Shown here: positions 28,094 through 38,800 of the stretch, in pieces
How positions within the stretch are numbered: the first letter of the stretch is position 1
Layout: each line of letters opens with the position of its first letter
Translations under genes and position numbers: made by a program
Notes under the pieces: generated by a model
Told to the model about the DNA's origin: nothing
Database searches by the model: none
Seen by the model: the letters and a program-made list of their open reading frames with translations, nothing else
Source: a virus
Lineage: Duplodnaviria; Caudoviricetes
DNA length: 54,853 nucleotides
Strand: one strand, 5' to 3'
Virus record (IMG/VR): IMGVR_UViG_3300027278_000016
Span: 1-54,853 of that record

Positions 28094-28130
28094 GAAAAGC
28101 CCCCAATTAATTTTGGGGGCTTTTCATTTT
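28094..28130 (+). terminator. Intrinsic terminator after the capsid gene
   Basis: GAAAAGCCCCCAA-ttaatt-TTGGGGGCTTTTC followed by ATTTT. Confidence 0.85.
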
Positions 28131-28149
28131 AATTTAACAATGCTATAAT
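28121..28149 (+). promoter_or_regulatory. Extended -10 promoter TGCTATAAT directly after the terminator
   Basis: TGCTATAAT 28141-28149; AAAGGAG SD before ATG 28175. Confidence 0.65.
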
Positions 28150-28174
28150 TAAAGAACCTAACAAAGGAGAAAAC

Positions 28175-28582
28175 ATGTCATTTGAGACATTAAAAGTTGC
28201 AGAACTCAGAAAGATTGCAGAAGACTTTGCAGTTGATACTGATGGAATTAAAAACAAGGCAGATATTATTGCCACTCTTGCCGAAGAGGGCGTAACCTGG
28301 TCTGTATACCAAAAGACAATTAAAGATGTTAAAGAAGCAGCTGAAGAGTTTGCTGATACAGAAGAGATCCTTCCTAGATTTGATCCAAAGTCAGACAACC
28401 CAGAAGACACAGTCCTGGTAAGAATGACAAGAGAAAATCACAGATACGATATAGTCGGATTTACATTTACAAAAGAGCACCCTTTTATCGCAATGACAGA
28501 AGAAGATGCTCAGAAAATTTTTGACAAGGAGGAAGGTTTCCGCATAGCAACCCCTAAAGAAGTACAGGAGTACTACGCTTAA
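28175..28582 (+). CDS. Protein with an N-terminal Rho-N/HeH-like helical motif
   Basis: FETLKVAELRKIAEDFAV...KADIIATL. Confidence 0.65.
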   Translation: MSFETLKVAELRKIAEDFAVDTDGIKNKADIIATLAEEGVTWSVYQKTIKDVKEAAEEFADTEEILPRFDPKSDNPEDTVLVRMTRENHRYDIVGFTFTKEHPFIAMTEEDAQKIFDKEEGFRIATPKEVQEYYA

Positions 28583-28592
28583 CCTTTATTAA

Positions 28593-29573
28593 ATGGAGAT
28601 ATTAGTAGGTACAAACTCGCCAGTAAAGCACAAGGTTTATTGGAAAGGATCCCCAAGGGATGCCGATGCTCTTCCTGTTGTTAGAGTTTATGACATAACA
28701 GAAGACCCAGCAATAACTCCTGCTATTAATCCAGGCACACTTATTACAACACTGACTCCAACAAAAATGGAAACAGACATTGGTGTTTACGAAGTGTATC
28801 CTCCACACTCATTAACAAATAGAAATAAACAGCTTAATCTTGTATGGCAATATACAGTTGAAGGAACTACGATTACAAAAGAGCATAAGCTTTTTGTAGT
28901 TACTCCGTATGTTGATATCACGCAGGCTGGAGATGTTTTAAGACTAGGCTCTGACCCATCTGATCCAAACTACAAGTCTTATTTTGAAATTGCTGAAGCT
29001 GAAAGATATGCCAGAAAGATAATTGAAAATTATACAGGGCAGGTCTTTACACTTTACGATGATCTTCATACTGTGTACGGAGCGGGAGCAGATGTTCTAC
29101 CGTTGCCATTTAAGCTAGCGGATCTACATGAATTGTACGAGAATGACATACTGCTTCTAGATAACATTAACAATGTGAATAACTGGAACTATGACACTAT
29201 CATATCTGAAAGCGGATTTGGAATAAGGGTTAACAAGGCCACTATGCTAGATAACACTGTTTATGTAGCAAACGGAATGGTTCCCCCATCAATTAATTAC
29301 TCTACAGGCGGAGCATTTGGAAAAGACTCAGTATATAAAGTTGCAGGGAGATATGGATGGGAACGTGTTCCCGATGAAGTTGAGCTTGCAGCAATTGAAC
29401 TTATGAAAGATTACTTCTCAAAGGATAAAGTTTGGAGAGACAAGTACATAAAGAATATATCAACATTTGACTGGAAGTTTGAATACAATGCCGAGACATA
29501 TAGAGGCACAGGAAATGTTTATGTTGACCAAATTCTATTGCCATATATAATTAATCAAATGGTAGTAGTCTAA
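28593..29573 (+). CDS. Head-tail adaptor/connector protein
   Basis: Position; A..IIENYTGQ.F and G.YGW..VPDEVELAAIELM motifs. Confidence 0.7.
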   Translation: MEILVGTNSPVKHKVYWKGSPRDADALPVVRVYDITEDPAITPAINPGTLITTLTPTKMETDIGVYEVYPPHSLTNRNKQLNLVWQYTVEGTTITKEHKLFVVTPYVDITQAGDVLRLGSDPSDPNYKSYFEIAEAERYARKIIENYTGQVFTLYDDLHTVYGAGADVLPLPFKLADLHELYENDILLLDNINNVNNWNYDTIISESGFGIRVNKATMLDNTVYVANGMVPPSINYSTGGAFGKDSVYKVAGRYGWERVPDEVELAAIELMKDYFSKDKVWRDKYIKNISTFDWKFEYNAETYRGTGNVYVDQILLPYIINQMVVV

Positions 29574-30001
29574 TGTTTAATATTATAGATTCAGTTTTAA
29601 CTATGAGCATGGATGTATACAAACAAGTTGATTACCAAGACCCCAACACGGGTGCCCTAAAAAAAGAATGGCAGTATGACAGAACAATGCCCTGCCATGC
29701 AAAAGGCTCTATATCTAATACCTCATCCACCACAACAGGAGGCAATCAATCCTTTGGAAGCAAATATGTAAACAGTGAAATCTTACAATTAAGAACAACC
29801 AGTAGAATTACATTGCGTGAAAAGATTACAAACATATCTGATTCATCAGGTAATACAATATGGGTAGAGGCTAATTTTCCAACAGACACTGCAACCGTTT
29901 TTGAAGTAATGGGATCAACACCGATGACTGATCCATTTGGCACAGTCATAGGATACAACACATCTGTAAAGAGGTCGGAGAACCAAACAATTGGATACTA
30001 G
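29573..30001 (+). CDS. Putative head closure (stopper) protein
   Basis: Position and size; beta-rich. Confidence 0.55.
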   Translation: MFNIIDSVLTMSMDVYKQVDYQDPNTGALKKEWQYDRTMPCHAKGSISNTSSTTTGGNQSFGSKYVNSEILQLRTTSRITLREKITNISDSSGNTIWVEANFPTDTATVFEVMGSTPMTDPFGTVIGYNTSVKRSENQTIGY

Positions 30002-30785
30002 CGCCGTATTAGTTAAAGCAGCCAGCGGTTTGCAAAAAACTATGGGCGGCACGAAGGGTGCAGTTTTACAGGATAGTACAGTAGCTCAAATATCAGCAGC
30101 CATATACTATCAGGCATCAGTTATTTCAAAAGTTACTACCAATAAACAATTTCAATCAAAATTTCAAAGTATCTTGTTTAATCAAATAAAAAAAGACTTT
30201 GGAAATTATATAGACTCTCAATCTAGAACAAATCCTAAAACATTACACCATGTTTATGAATGGAAAAAAGTTGGCACACCTTCAGCAAGATTATTTGATT
30301 TAAAGGTAGCAGGAACAGATGGTCTTTCTTTTAAAATCTCTTCTGAATTTAAACCTTCTAAATCAATGGTCCCAACAAATTTTGGCAAGGCAAGACACGT
30401 ATTTACAAACAAGGCTTCCGTTATGGAAGCGGGAATGCCACTGGCCATAAAGCCTAAGAATGCAGAAAGGCTTGTATTTGAAATGGACGGCGTTGTTATT
30501 AGAATGCCTAAAGGTATGCCCGTAACAGTTAAAAAACCAGGAGGCGGAAAAGCCACTGGTAGGTACAAGATAGCCTATGCTCAATTTTTTACTGGCAACC
30601 TAGTAAACCTATCAATTAAGAATTCAAAATTTCAACAAATATTTAATTCATCTATTACCAAAGCAATGAAATTGCCAGTTGATATTAAAAAAGTTAAATA
30701 TTCTTTTTCGCCAAACACAGTAAACATGCAGGCTGGCGCAGCACTGTCAGCAGCCTTTGGAGGTTCAGATGCCAACGGATTATAA
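29991..30785 (+). CDS. Putative neck/tail-completion protein
   Basis: Basic protein between stopper and tail terminator; LHHVYEW motif. Confidence 0.5.
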   Translation: MDTSAVLVKAASGLQKTMGGTKGAVLQDSTVAQISAAIYYQASVISKVTTNKQFQSKFQSILFNQIKKDFGNYIDSQSRTNPKTLHHVYEWKKVGTPSARLFDLKVAGTDGLSFKISSEFKPSKSMVPTNFGKARHVFTNKASVMEAGMPLAIKPKNAERLVFEMDGVVIRMPKGMPVTVKKPGGGKATGRYKIAYAQFFTGNLVNLSIKNSKFQQIFNSSITKAMKLPVDIKKVKYSFSPNTVNMQAGAALSAAFGGSDANGL

Positions 30786-31281
30786 TTATGATGTCATGCT
30801 TGATCTACGCAAGCACCTATGGAGTCAATTAAAGTCTAATAGTTTATTTCAGGCTTCAGATTATTACAGCGATAATTTAGGAGAAGAATTAATTCCAATT
30901 ATCCCAGTACAGCAACAGGCAGAAATGAATCAATTCTTGAGCGGGAAGAAGCATATAGTTTACGATAAGATAGGAATGTCTTATGAGGACAACTGGGTAA
31001 TATGCTGTGAGCAAATTCTATTTACAATATATTCAACAGACATATCTGAGATTAATCAAATAAGAAATTTAATGACGGATCTGTATAGAAGAATGGACGA
31101 GTCAGCAAGGGATACAAACCTATATACGGGCATATCTCAGAAGTTTAAGTTCTACAGTATATTTGTTGCAGACATATCCCCTACATCCCCCTCAGAGGAG
31201 CTAGCAGGGTTCCTATCAACCGATGTAGTACTTGAGGTAAAATACGCAAGGCACGTGGGCACAGACGGCAGATTTCTCTAG
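30769..31281 (+). CDS. Putative tail terminator protein
   Basis: Immediately upstream of the tail tube; GGAGGT SD before ATG 30769. Confidence 0.55.
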   Translation: MPTDYNYDVMLDLRKHLWSQLKSNSLFQASDYYSDNLGEELIPIIPVQQQAEMNQFLSGKKHIVYDKIGMSYEDNWVICCEQILFTIYSTDISEINQIRNLMTDLYRRMDESARDTNLYTGISQKFKFYSIFVADISPTSPSEELAGFLSTDVVLEVKYARHVGTDGRFL

Positions 31282-31313
31282 TTTGCCTTTTAGGGCATTA
31301 TACACTAAAATTA
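31282..31313 (+). promoter_or_regulatory. Promoter TTGCCT-17-TAAAAT for the major tail gene
   Basis: Same TTTGCCTTTT-N13-CTAAAATTA as 25644-25675. Confidence 0.65.
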
Positions 31314-31396
31314 GATTTAGAGGAAAGGCCTAGCCAGCCAAGATTTCAAACAGTTTAACAATATATATATATTTTTAAAACAGGAGGTAAGACACA

Positions 31397-32080
31397 ATGG
31401 CATTTAACTCAGCCAAAAATATTCTTGTGGGAGCTTCACCGCTTTACATCTCGAATTCAGATTCAACTGTATCAGGTTACGTAGAAAATACAGAGCCAGG
31501 AGTTGCAAGAGCAGGCACATCAGCAAAAGATGGCGTCCCAGTATTCTCAGCTTCAGGTTCATATCGTACTACTCTTGATGCAGCACAAGCAACAGCAAAC
31601 AACGCTTACCGTAACGTAGGGTTTACAAACAATGGTCTTCAGATCACTTACAACCCAACTTACGATTCAGTAACTGTTGACCAGTTGCTTGATACAGCAA
31701 AGCTTTTCAAGTCTGCGATGGAAGTTATGATCGCAACAGAAATGGCAGAAGGAACACTAGAGAACGTTCTAGTTGTTTTCGGACAGGGACAATCAACTCT
31801 TACAAATTCAGGATCAACTCTTGGACTTGAGGCAGGAGCTCTTGGTATTGCACCAACAGAGCGCCAGCTAGTTGCAATTGGACAGGCTCCAACAACTACT
31901 TCAGCTAACTCAGAGCGTATTTACTATGCACGTCGCGTATTGTCTGTACAACAGTCACAATTCTCACTTGCACGTAATACTGCTACATCATTCCCAGTAA
32001 CATTTCGTTTGCTTCCAGACGCAGGTTACACAGGTTCAGAATACGGAAAGATTATTGACCGTACTTGGACACCAGCCTAA
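31397..32080 (+). CDS. Major tail tube protein
   Basis: NILVGA..LY, VGFTNNGLQITYNP...VDQLLD, E.TLEN, FPVTFRLLPD; strong SD; terminator, chaperone and TMP follow. Confidence 0.88.
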   Translation: MAFNSAKNILVGASPLYISNSDSTVSGYVENTEPGVARAGTSAKDGVPVFSASGSYRTTLDAAQATANNAYRNVGFTNNGLQITYNPTYDSVTVDQLLDTAKLFKSAMEVMIATEMAEGTLENVLVVFGQGQSTLTNSGSTLGLEAGALGIAPTERQLVAIGQAPTTTSANSERIYYARRVLSVQQSQFSLARNTATSFPVTFRLLPDAGYTGSEYGKIIDRTWTPA

Positions 32081-32094
32081 TTAATTTTAGCTAG

Positions 32095-32126
32095 ATAAAG
32101 CCCCCAGAAATGGGGGCTTTATTGTT
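32095..32126 (+). terminator. Intrinsic terminator after the tail tube gene
   Basis: ATAAAGCCCCCA-GAAA-TGGGGGCTTTAT followed by TGTT. Confidence 0.85.
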
Positions 32127-32153
32127 GTGCTTGTAAATGCTTTATGTTATAAT
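32125..32153 (+). promoter_or_regulatory. Promoter TTGTGC-17-TATAAT with TG extension
   Basis: Directly after the terminator; AGGAGG SD before TTG 32181. Confidence 0.6.
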
Positions 32154-32180
32154 AATTAAGACGATCCTAGGAGGATTAAA

Positions 32181-32513
32181 TTGGCAAATACAGTATATAG
32201 TGTAGAAGAAATTACACTGCAAGATGGCTCAACAGTTAAGCTAAAGCCACTAAGCATTAAAGAGCTTAGAGAATTTATGGCAGCACTACAGGGTGCGGCA
32301 GATTCAACATCAGAAACAGAAACGCTAAATGTATTAATTGATGCAGTAGCAGTTGCGCTGAAAAAGCAACTTCCAGCCCTAGTAGCAGATAGAGACGCAC
32401 TAGAAGACGCACTTGATGTTCCCACAATAAATCGCATCCTTGAAGTATGCGGTGGGATTAAGATGGATGACCCAAACCTACTAGCGGCAGCGGTTCTGGC
32501 TGGTCAGAACTAG
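32181..32513 (+). CDS. Tail assembly chaperone (short form, lambda G-like)
   Basis: Lies between tail tube and TMP; carries a slippery heptamer near its 3' end. Confidence 0.8.
   Translation: MANTVYSVEEITLQDGSTVKLKPLSIKELREFMAALQGAADSTSETETLNVLIDAVAVALKKQLPALVADRDALEDALDVPTINRILEVCGGIKMDDPNLLAAAVLAGQN
32471..32477 (+). other. Programmed -1 frameshift site C CCA AAC
   Basis: X XXY YYZ in the chaperone frame. The -1 frame is closed by TGA 32468-32470, opens exactly here and runs to 32851. Confidence 0.85.
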
Positions 32514-32851
32514 ATTTAGCCGCTTTAGAGGGTGAAGTATTTCTTTTGGGAAACTGGAAGAATTATGAAGAACTAGAAGAAAGTCTTTCAATGCCAGAGC
32601 TAATCCAAACATTGAAATCCTTTAAGAAGCAAAAGTCGGAAGACAGAAAATTTGCAGCAGGACTTAAAGGTATAGAAATAAATATTGATGAAGACGAAGA
32701 AGAAGTTCAAGAAGGAAAAACCTTTGAAGATATTCAAAGAAAAGCGTTAGGTATTAATGCATCAGGTGATGATATACTTTCATTACAAGGTTCGTTAGCA
32801 GCAAATGCAGGATTTGGAATCGGAGCTGGTTTAGGTTATTCAAAGGAGTAA
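32477..32851 (+). CDS. -1 frame extension of the tail assembly chaperone (GT-like fusion, 223 aa total from 32181)
   Basis: Reads PTSGSGSGWSELDLAALEGEVFLLGNWKNYEELEE...; the ORF track's TTG 32546 is internal to it. Confidence 0.8.
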   Translation, partial: PTSGSGSGWSELDLAALEGEVFLLGNWKNYEELEESLSMPELIQTLKSFKKQKSEDRKFAAGLKGIEINIDEDEEEVQEGKTFEDIQRKALGINASGDDILSLQGSLAANAGFGIGAGLGYSKE

Positions 32852-32862
32852 TGTATAGATAA

Positions 32863-35800
32863 ATGGCTGATGAAAATATTGTAACTAATATAGTTGCCAA
32901 TGCTGATTTCTCAGGTCTTATTGCAGATGTCAATAAGGTTACAGCCTCACTATCTAAACTACAAGCTCAGTTAATTGCTTCAGACGCAAAGCTTGCAAAT
33001 CAAGTTGCGGTAATGAACAGGTCTTTCTCAGAAAATTTGAGAAGAACTGGGCAGTTTTCTACACACTTTGTTACACTAACTTCAGATACTGAAAAGTTTG
33101 GTAAGAGTCTTGATGGTGGAAAACTTAAGCTAAAAGACTACTTTAGAACTTTTCAAGAGCACACAAAAACTTCAGGTGGAATTGTTAGAGATCTTGCTAA
33201 ACAGCAAGTAGCACTACAAAATGCCATCATCCAACCCCTGGGTAAAAACGCTCAGGGGCTTATGCAGTTCAACGTACAGGTACCACAAGGCCTAGATAAT
33301 ATAAAAAACAAAACGGCTATAGCAAGACAAGAACTTCAGATATTAAATAAGGTTGTTCAAGATGGCGGAGTCCAGCTTATTAACTGGGGTAAGAATACTC
33401 AGTGGGCAGGACGCCAGCTAACAGTCGGACTAACAGTACCGCTAGCAGCATTTGGTAAAGCAGCAGCAGATGCATTTAGAATGGCCGATGCAGAACTTAC
33501 AAGATTAACAAAGGTTTATGGCGGAGTAGCAGCAACATCATCAGCTGAGCTTTCTAAGATAAGAGCAGAAGTTTCTGCAACAGCAGCAGAGATATCAAAA
33601 GGCTACGGAATTTCTTTTAAGGATACAATTGCTCTTGCTGCAGACATAGCAGCAACAGGAAAAACTGGTAATGAATTGCTTTCTTCCGTAAAAGAAACAA
33701 GCAGACTTGCAGTACTTGGTGAAGTAGATAGACAGGATGCCATGAAGGCAACCCTTGCAATTCAAACAACTTTTAAACAAAATACAGAACAGCTTTCAGA
33801 ATCAATTAACTTTTTAAACTCCGTTGAAAACCAAACATCAACAAGCCTTGCAGATTTAGTTGAAGCAATTCCAAAGGCTGGACCAGTTATGATGGGCCTA
33901 GGCGGAAACGTTAAAGATCTTGCGTTATATTTAACTGCAATGAAAGAAGGAGGAATCAATGCATCAGAAGGAGCAAACGCCTTAAAGTCTGCTCTTGCGT
34001 CTTTGATTAACCCAACTAAGGTTGCTACAGAAAAATTTAAAGGAATGGGAATTGATTTAGGCGGTATAGTTACACAAAATGCTGGAAATCTAACAGGAAC
34101 AATAACTGCTTTACAGGAAGCTTTAGATAGTCTTGATCCGTTGCAAAAGCAACAGGCAATTGAACAGCTATTTGGAAAGTTTCAATTTGCAAGAATGAAT
34201 GCTTTGTTTTCAAACCTTGGAAAGCAAGGAAGCCAAACGCTACAGGTAATGGATCTAATGAAGGCAAGCTCACAAGATCTTGCAAATGTAGCCAGCCGAG
34301 AATTAAGCATGGTAACAGAGTCAGCTTCAGGAAAGTATAATCGAGCAATACAAGGATTAAAGGCAGACCTAGCGGGCATAGGAGAAGAATTCCTTAAGGT
34401 ACAAACATTCTTTATTAATGTTGTTGATGGAATTATTAATTTTACAACTAACTTACCAGGACCTATCAAGCAAATTTTAACATTCGCTGGAGGGCTGACT
34501 GCAGTAATTGGACCAGTCATTATGTTAACTGGTGTGCTTGCCAACTTCTTTGGCTACGTTATAAAAGGAGTTTCTCACTTTAAAGCTTTGTTTAAAGGTG
34601 GAGAAGGCTGGAAGATGCTTACTCCAGAAATTCTTGCTGCACAAAAAGCAGGAAGTCTTGTTGAGAAAACATTCTACAGTGATGCACAAGCAGCAACAGT
34701 ATTAAAAACAGCAATTGAAGGACTAGTAGCAGAGTTTACTGTATTGCAATCTAAGGCACAATCAGGAGCTATATCAGTTGCTCCAGCATTAAATAATTTT
34801 GTAAACGGTGTTGCTGGAAGAGTAGTTAATCCAAACCACCCAATGCTAAGCCCGACAGATACAAGATCAATGTCTCACATGAACCCAGTCGGCGGAATGA
34901 CAGCAGATCAAAAGACTGGACAATCAATATTTGGAGTTGTACCTGGAGCACCAAGAGTTAATCAGACAATAGGTAACAACCCACAGATTTATGCAAATTC
35001 AGATTTGCCAGATGTTCCAGGACTTACAAGAATTGGCAAGGCCTCAACTGGAGTAGTTGCAACAGAAGCTGCTAAATGGCATTCAATGACAGGCGCACTT
35101 GCAATGCAATCAGAAGCAGAAATAAAAGCATTAAAGATGGAAGTAGGTAGAACGGGATTAATTACACACGAACTTTCTGCTTCATATCAAGCACTACTTC
35201 CAGAAATGACAAGACTTACACAGCAAGCAGCAGCAGAATCAGCAGCAATTGTTGCCGAGTTGCAAGCAAGCAAAATAACAATAGATCAAGCTAGAGCAAA
35301 AATTATTTCATTAAATGCACAAATTGAAGCATCAATGGGAATAGCTGCTACAAATATTGCAGGACAACAAGGTAGATCTATTGCCTTAAACTCAGTGCCA
35401 CTATTAAATCAACCAGTGGTGGACAGGTCTGGCAAGTCAAACATGAAAGAGCTTGCTCGCCCAGGAAGAACAAGGGGCCTACTTAATAAAATTGCAGGCG
35501 GACTAGGGGTTAAAACATTTGGCGCACCATATAGTATTGAAACAACAATGCCAAAGAAATTTTCAGAAGGCACAGTAGGATACCGTGGAGGATACGCAAG
35601 CCCAATGGCCAAGTTGGCAGCAGCAGCGATGTTAGCAAAATTTGCACAAAGATCAAAGTTAATAGGCGGATTAAAAACAACAAAAAGAAGATCTGCAAGG
35701 GCGGGTGCACAAGAGGGTGCAGGGATAAGTTACGGAACATTGTCTAAAAGAAAATCAAAGGTCTATGATGATCCAGAAATGCAAGCATATGGAATTACTC

Positions 35801-38800
35801 CAACAAAAAAGGGTGTAGGCCAAGATGATGAATATATAGTTCATGGCTACGGCCCAGGAATTGAAAAAGCAACCAGGGGCCTAGACAGACAAGGCTCAAG
35901 TCCAGTTTTAAGAAAAGATCAATATGATGAGTATGGAATACAAATGTCAGCGTCCACCAGAAAGCATGACGCTCTTCAAGTTGTTCCAACTACATTTATC
36001 AAAAACAGAAAAGGTTTTAACGAAGGACTAAGAGACGGAACAGCAACTGCAGCAGATTTTAGACAAGTTACAGGATCTGACATGATGAGCTTGTTGCTAT
36101 TTTTAAAAGATCAAAAAGTTAAACCAGCAGTAGCAAAGCAGATTGCAGAACGTGCAGCTATAGTATTAAATGAGCAAGTTCGTAATCACAGAGGCCCAAT
36201 GAACGAAGCCTCCTTTGGGAAAATGTTAAATCGTGCTTCAGTACGTGCAATAGATAGCTCATACAAGCCCTCTATGGTTCGTGTTACAAATAGCTTAGGG
36301 TCTGATGCTTTTGCAAGAAATCAAGGTCTTGTTCAAAGACCATTTAAAGATGGTGTTATAAAGCTCGACGGGTACGGTGGCGGAGATAGTGTTCCAGCTC
36401 TGCTAGAGCCAGGGGAGTCTGTTGTTACAAAATCTGGAACAAGAAAAAATGAAGGTGCACTGCACTTAATGAACGCGGGCTATAGCGTTGACGACATGAT
36501 GGGATTTGAACAAGGGGTTGTCGGCTTCAGGGCGGGAATGAAATCTCAAACTCAAAAAGGTTATCTTGGAAAAGGAATGATGAGTAGGCCAGAGGGCGGC
36601 GGCATGGGCATGGGAGCCCAAATGGGTATTATGATGGGCGGAAGCATGTTAGGCCAGCAAGTTGGTGGAACAGCGGGAACAGGAATAATGGCGGCAGCAA
36701 ACATTCTGCCATGGCTACCATTTCAAAAAATATTACCACTACTTAAAGCTGCAAATTCAGGCGCAGGTGCATTTAAAACTGCACTGACACTAGCTGGAAA
36801 AGCAGCAGGACTTTTAACAAGATTGATGCCAGGTGCTGCAGTAATCGGCACATTATATCTTCTATACAAGGGATATCAAAAATGGCAAAAGGGAATTGAG
36901 GATACACGCAGAGAGCATATTATGCTTAATGGCATTACTGAAAAGGGTGCTAAAGAGGCGGGTATTTCATATAAGAATATTGGCAACTCAATAAAGGATG
37001 TTAGAGAACAATTAAAGCTTCAAAAAGAAGCTGGAATGTCTGCATATGAATCCATGACACCTTCAGGTGTTGGTGGTTTAACATTAACTATTGCACAACT
37101 AAAAGAATTAAAAAAGACTGCAAAAGAAACAATGCCAGAACTTCTAGGAACATTTAATAGTATCGATTCGTCAAGCGTCAATGATCTTGCTGCAAACTTA
37201 AAGGCTCAATTTGTTGCTGCTGGAATGAGTGCTCAAGATGCAACAAATAAAATTTATGCAATTATTGAGGCTTCAAATAAAGCTGGCCAAGGCCTGGGCG
37301 CTATAACATCATCTGGATTTACTGCAATAACAGATAAGGGATCAGCCGCCACAGCAATAGTAAAAACACTATTAGAAAGTCTTAAAGAAATTGATACCGT
37401 TGATTCAAAAGCTTTTGCTTCTAATATTGACACAGTAATATCTAGCTTAGACTCTGCAACGGCAGCCCTAGTTGGAACAAAAGATGCTCAAGGTAAAACA
37501 ATTAATGCGTCTCAAGCAATGACAATGCAATATGAAAAGCTTGTAAAGCTAGGAGCAACAACTACCCAGCTCGGAGAAAAAGCTCTTGAGAATCTAAAAA
37601 AAGAAAGACCAGAGCTTGCTGCTATATTAAAAAGCACAGATACAGTTGCTGGAATGTATGCCAAGTGGAGAGTGTTATTGGCTGGCGTTAATATTGATTT
37701 AAAAAGTATTACATCAGAACAGGCAATGGGAATTGCAGCTTATGAACAAGCATTAGCTTTAGCTGCAGATTCATCTAAAGCAAATACCAACACCACTGGA
37801 TCTCTTGCAACTGCTAATGCTGCTACAAATAAGTTAACAACTGATATTAAAAAGGGTGAGGCTGCAGTAAAGAAATATTCAAACACAGAAGCTGGATTAT
37901 CTAAGGCAAGAATTAAGGCTATTCAGGATGAAATTAAAGCAATTCGTGATCGTGCAGATGAAAAGAAAAAAGCTCTTCGTGCTAATGTAGAAAGCGAAAA
38001 TACTGAGCTTGAGCTACAGAAGTTAAAGCTAGAGGCTCAGTCAGCCCTAGCCCGTGGAGATAGAGATGCATATGAATCTGCCAATATTGCAATTGCTCAA
38101 CTAACAAAAGAAACCCAACTCAAAAAAGCTGAGGATAAAATTGATGCAAATGCTAAGAAAGAAGAAGCTATACAGCAAGCTATTCTTGATAAAGATCAAG
38201 CAGAAAAGGATAGAATTGCTGCACTTATAAATGCAACAGGAAATAGTGCTCAGTCAAAAACAGAACAGCTTGCACAAATAAATGGCATAAAAGATTTGCT
38301 AGCACAATTAGCAATAGATAAAATTGAAAACAATGCCCTAAAGGATCCAACTAAAAAAGCAGATGGCGAAAAGGTTTTAGCGGGAAAGTTTCAAACTATT
38401 CTTGAGACATTAGAGAAGTCTTCTAATGCTGTTCAAAAAGCATTTCCAGAGTATGTTAATTCAAAAACAAATAAAGCAATACCAACAAGCACAAAAATTT
38501 ACGGTCTTCCAGGCGGGCCTGGGACTAGTATGTCAACTGGTGCTGGAGGAGCATTTGATAAGCTTGTTTCTGAAATAGCAGTCGGGGCAAAAGCAAACTT
38601 TGAAAAACTTGGAAAAGATATTACTGGCGGAGCAAATCTTAAAATGGTTGTTGAAGCAATGGGTGGAAAGATTGATAAGAGCCTTAAGCTAAAAACAGAA
38701 GATGTAACTGCTCTAATAAAAGCCAATCAAAGTGCCTACAGTGGAGATTTAAAGAACATGCTGAAGGAAGATGGAAGCCTTAAGGAATCAGTAAGAAATT

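Noticed and set aside
32546-32851. Independent gene starting at TTG 32546
   Set aside because: The frame extends upstream to the slippery site; better explained as the frameshift extension.
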